A DNA stretch of 64,000 bases from Octopus bimaculoides (lineage: Eukaryota). The stretch is from positions 16,852,266-16,916,265 of the forward strand of contig NC_068989.1 of the NCBI RefSeq assembly GCF_001194135.2, given 5' to 3'. The translations under genes and the position numbers were made by a program. Below are positions 59,361 to 64,000 of this stretch, piece after piece; position 1 is the first letter of the stretch, and each line of letters starts with the position of its first letter. The notes under the pieces were generated by a model that made no database searches, was not told the DNA's origin, and was given only the letters and a program-made list of their open reading frames with translations.

Positions 59361-59575
59361 AAGGCAGCAAGCTAGCAGGATCATTAGCACGCCGAGCGAA
59401 ATGCTTAGCAGCATTTTATCTGTCTTCATGTTCTGAGTTCAAATTCTGCCGAGGTTGACTTTGCCTCTCATCCTTTCAGGGTTGATAAAATAAATACCAG
59501 TTGATTACTGAGGTTGATGTAGTTGACTTGGCTCTTCCCCCAGAATTGTTGGCCTTGTGACAAAATATGAAACTA
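59361..59575 (+). mobile_element. tRNA-derived SINE with a Meta/MESC-like domain
   Basis: gagttcaaattctgccgaggttgactttgcctctcatcctttcagggttgataaaataaataccagtt. Confidence 0.7.
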
Positions 59576-60369
59576 ATATTACTATTCTTGCTTATTCCAA
59601 TCAGATGAGGATCAATGATTATACCAAGCAATGTTATTTCATGAAGACAGTCTCAGTGATACGTAAATGGGTGTCTAAATTCTTGTATGTCTGTTGCTTA
59701 ACATTTTTGTTTCCAATCTTCACCAAACTTTTAAAGATTGTTCTTTTTATGGGTATCTATTTTGGTCTATAGAAACAAGAAATCTCTGTTTCCATAAATC
59801 TCTTGATTCTGCTATACTATCACTATTGCCTTAAAAGTAAGCTGGAAACAACAACATGCTTCATCACCTGTAGTCTGTTTCTCTTCCCTGTGACCACCAC
59901 TACAGTTTCTGCAGAGTTCAGTCTACCAGAAAATTACATTTCTAAACTCACTTGTAATCTCCCATCTTTCAATCAGTTCTGGCCTGAGAAATTTTGGTGA
60001 AGATCATCATCATTTTAACTTCCAACTTTTCTATGCTTGCAAGAATCAAACAGATTTGTTGAGGCAAATCTTCTGTAGCTGGATGGCATTTGCCTTCCTT
60101 TTGCTATGCCTTTCCTGTTTCCAAGTAAGGAAATATTTCCCCATGACCAGACATGTTTTCACAAGATTAGAATGTCAAGGCAAGGAGATAGTACCATACA
60201 CATACACACACACATATATATATATATACATGTATGATGGACTTCTTTCAGTTTTCATCTACTAGATTCACTCAAGGCTTTAGTCAGCCAAGGGTTGTCC
60301 TATATTATGATGATGTGTATATGGATAGATGAAGAGGGAACTGCCGTGAAGCCAGTCCTTATAGCAGTA

Positions 60370-61170
60370 TTTGTGAAAGACTTAAAGGAATTACAGATAT
60401 GGAAGCAAAACCTAGAATTGAGATGCTTTGCGAGTAAACTTGGACACCAAAGTTTCTACTGAAGTACAAAAGAAGACAAGATTTCACTGCCATCAGGGTA
60501 ATGGTGGTGATCAATGTGCAGAAAAGTAGGAAGTTAATACTGTGTACACAATGTGAACTATGGTTCCACATATGGCAGATGTTCACAAGTAGTTTAGTAG
60601 TCAGCGACAATAGTAAAATAAATTTCTTTTAGTACTTGGAAAGACGTAGTTGATTGCTTTTGTTACATGGGCAACCTAATCAACAGTGGAGCAGGGTAGT
60701 CTGAGAGCATAGTAACTATAATAAGGACAGGGTGGAAAAAGCTCTGGAGGTTTTTACTTCTACTGGCAACAAAAGGATTCTCTTGACATCATACAGTCTA
60801 CCCTTGCCTTTGAGTGAAAGGTACAGTGTATGCTTGTTTGAAGTGCAATGCTAGATGTTAGTTAGACAAAGACACTGAATGAAGAGGATGTGTAAAGGTT
60901 GAAAGAAAAGAAGCATGTTCTGCTTGATGTATAATGCTGGAGTGACGGCTGAGCTGAGAGATAAACTAGGTATAACAATCGGTTAGTGTACAAGAATGAA
61001 GACTGATCGTATGGATATGTGATGTATATGGAGGACAACAAGTGAGTGAAGAGTTGCCAGGATATCTAAGTGGAAGGAAACCATGGAAGGTGAGGACATG
61101 GGCAGAATTGGTAAAATCTGATCTCATGATGCTGAATCTTATAAAAGAGATGACAAGACGCCATTGAATA
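60370..61170 (+). mobile_element. RTE LINE RT C-terminal region, decayed
   Basis: LQIWKQNLE, CTQCELWFH, VDCFCYMGNLI, RTGWKKL and YACL.SAML motifs with frameshifts. Confidence 0.7.
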
Positions 61171-61222
61171 GGATCTGACCAATGCATGCAGGCAGAGAAA
61201 AACAGATGTAAAAAAATACATT

Positions 61223-61260
<38 letters not shown>

Positions 61261-61273
61261 CATTTTTTTCCCC

Positions 61274-61627
61274 CTTGTTTCAGTCATTTGACTGTGGCCA
61301 TGCTGGAGCACCACCTTTATAGTTGAGCAAATTGACCCCAGAGCTTATTCTTTGTAAGCCTAGTACTTATTCTATCGGTCTCTTTTACTGAACCGCTAAG
61401 TTATGGGGACGTAAACACACCAGCATCAGTTGTCAAGCGATGCTGGGGGGACAAACAAACACACACACATACATATATGTATATATATATATATATATAT
61501 ATACATATATGATGGGCTTCTTCCAGTTCCGTCTACCAAATCCACTCACAAGGCTTTGGTCAGCCTGAGGCTATGGTAGAAGACACTTGCCCAAGGTGCC
61601 ATGCAGTGGGACTGAACCTGGGACCAT
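61274..61627 (-). mobile_element. Family B SINE, truncated by a gap
   Basis: Reverse complement of the family B consensus. Confidence 0.85.
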
Positions 61628-63155
61628 NNNNNNNNNNNNNNNNNNNNNNNNNNNNNNNNNNNNNNNNNNNNNNNNNNNNNNNNNNNNNNNNNNNNNNNNN
61701 NNNNNNNNNNNNNNNNNNNNNNNNNNNNNNNNNNNNNNNNNNNNNNNNNNNNNNNNNNNNNNNNNNNNNNNNNNNNNNNNNNNNNNNNNNNNNNNNNNNN
61801 NNNNNNNNNNNNNNNNNNNNNNNNNNNNNNNNNNNNNNNNNNNNNNNNNNNNNNNNNNNNNNNNNNNNNNNNNNNNNNNNNNNNNNNNNNNNNNNNNNNN
61901 NNNNNNNNNNNNNNNNNNNNNNNNNNNNNNNNNNNNNNNNNNNNNNNNNNNNNNNNNNNNNNNNNNNNNNNNNNNNNNNNNNNNNNNNNNNNNNNNNNNN
62001 NNNTATATATATATTTGATGGTTTCTCTCGTGAATGACAAATGAGGGTTCAGTAAAATAAAGTAATCATGTTCTATGGACATGAACGTATCTCTTGAGGC
62101 CTGCTGGTGCCTTGCAAATCTTTTGGTAAAGGAAACAAGTTGAGGACTTGGTTTGCTCAAGTGCTTGTGGATCATTTACTATGTGTTTTCTTGAGTCGAC
62201 AGCAAGGACTGCTTTGCTTCATGCCACAAAGCCACAATTACAGGTAAGGTTTTCATTTAGAGGAGCAGCATTTTGCTAGCGTTTTCATTCTTGCACAAAG
62301 TTGGAGTCAACTTTGTTCAAATCTTTGATCTGAGGAGAAGCAGGACTGGTGCCAGGTCCTGCATTCTAATGCTTTGTTTCCCCAGAAATAAAATGGAATG
62401 TGTGTGTGTACACACACACACACAAATGTACTGCCATGCATGCATAGCTGTCTCATGCAAGCAAGTATAACTTAGTAGTAAGTACCATACTATCAATAAT
62501 TGTTTTAGGTTCCAATGCAGACATAATTACTTTTTCAATCTACTCACCCTCAACACGTGGAACATTAGAGATGTGACAGCTATATATATATATAAAAATT
62601 AACAGAATGAGATAAAAAAAATCCAAAGCTGTGAATAGTTTTCAGAACATTTACAATGAGAAGATCTTGCAGCTGTTTCCAGGATATTTTAGATATCCCA
62701 TCATCAGAGATGGTGCAAGAAAATGCTTAAGTAATAGTTATAGAGAAGAGATGAAATACAGAGTGAAGTGGAGGAATGAAAACAGACGTGAGATACGCAA
62801 AGATATTGTATTTGCAGTTCCATTATTTAAGCAGAATCGCGTATATATAAGCTTCCTGTACTTTGTGTGTGAGTTCCAAAGAGAGAGGGAGTTGCATTAG
62901 CATTTGGTTGGTACACATTTTCAGCTGAGTAGACTGGAGTAGCAGGAAATTAAGTGTACTGCTCAAGGACACAATGCACCACCTAGTCCAGGAATTGAAT
63001 CCATGACCTTATCAGCATGAGCTCACACACCTCACATTCATATATTGAAAGAGGTGTGTCTGTGTGTATTAGGTTAGAGTTCACAAAAATCACCTTAGCA
63101 CCAGCATATGTTTGTTTGTTGGCACTCCGTTGCTTACAATAATGAGGGTGCCAGT

Positions 63156-63196
<41 letters not shown>

Positions 63197-63384
63197 TAGA
63201 TAGAAAGATATACATAAACTAAATCATTTATGCATAAATGCAGATGTGATGCTTTCAGAGGATAGCAGATGGATAAAGCAGTGTCAGGATATCCAGATGG
63301 AAAGAAACTGGGAGAGGAAGATATGGATAGACATATTAAAAGCTGATCTCGTGTTGGTGAACCTTACAAAAAAGATGACACATA

Positions 63385-63537
63385 CTGTATTTTAACATGT
63401 ATAAGGAATCCCTAATTTTTGGGGCTTAAAATTTGGAAAAAGGTTTTGTAAGGGATGATAATACTATCCATGTATACCATATTTTTTTAACCTAATTTTT
63501 GACAAAAAGTGGGTTCCTTAAACATGTTAAAATATGG
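63385..63537. mobile_element. Small Tc2/pogo-like MITE
   Basis: TA|ctgtattttaacatgtataagg ... ccttaaacatgttaaaatatgg|TA. Confidence 0.65.
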
Positions 63538-63599
63538 TACTTTGATGGTAGAAATCATCAGGTCTTGACTCGAAGAATTCATTGAGGCACATTTTTAGT

Positions 63600-63800
63600 T
63601 TCATATTGTTGTTGAATGAAATACATTAGGCTGTTGGAGAGTGACTGTTAAAGTTAAAAATCCAAAGGTGCTATATCAAGAGAATATGGTAGGCACAGTA
63701 GAGCCTCCCAAATGAGGTCTTCAATAACATTTTTGGTCAAATTAGCAATGTGGGACAAGTGTTGTCTTATTTTACATGACTTCAAAGGTGCAAAGTGAGA
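63600..63800 (-). mobile_element. Mariner transposase relic
   Basis: Minus-strand WEALLCLPYSLDIAPLDF (cf. WEVLPHPPYSPDLAPSDF) and DNTCPHIA-like (cf. DNARPH). Confidence 0.55.
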
Positions 63801-64000
63801 GAATTATTTTTCCACAGTAGTGACAGCAACAACACTGCTTGTAACTAAGGATGTTTGTAGCATGCAAATGTAAACAAGCACACAGATACATACACACACA
63901 GGTATTCAACAGGCTTCTTTCAGTTTTCATCTGCCAAATTCATTCACAAAGCTTTAAACGGCCTTGCCCAAGGTACTATGTAGTGGAACTAAACCCAAAA

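Overview
AT-rich, intron- and repeat-rich eukaryotic DNA from a draft assembly with nine N-gaps. The SINE families, the RTE LINEs and the zinc-finger style point to an octopus (coleoid cephalopod) genome; this is inferred, not looked up. The window is part of a C2H2 zinc-finger gene cluster. It holds seven intact-looking multi-finger ORFs, each on one coding exon, with 8-18 fingers and no recognisable KRAB/SCAN/BTB/ZAD domain. They form two subfamilies. Type I (CEICGKSF fingers) is ZNF-1 4567-5985, ZNF-3 20589-22023 and ZNF-5 46529-48223, all on the minus strand. Type II (CDICGKSFS fingers) is ZNF-2 9865-10641 (-), ZNF-4 34510-35274, ZNF-6 51316-52845 and ZNF-7 55650-56504 (+). Each subfamily has its own conserved 5' and 3' non-coding blocks, and most arrays end in nonsense or frameshift changes followed by decayed fingers. 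Intergenic DNA holds tRNA-derived SINEs, RTE LINE fragments, a decayed LTR retroelement pol, a Merlin and a mariner deletion derivative, and several MITEs. The most notable items: a ~600-bp inverted duplication bracketing ZNF-3; a shared ~90-bp palindrome with an AACCCTAA core upstream of two Type II genes; a 28S rRNA fragment inside a SINE; an LTR element with a DIRS-like RNase H motif and a DDE integrase; long perfect hairpins just downstream of ZNF stop codons; and an orphan copy of the ZNF-3 upstream region next to a 100-N gap. All coordinates, counts and identity estimates were read by eye and may be off by a few bases.
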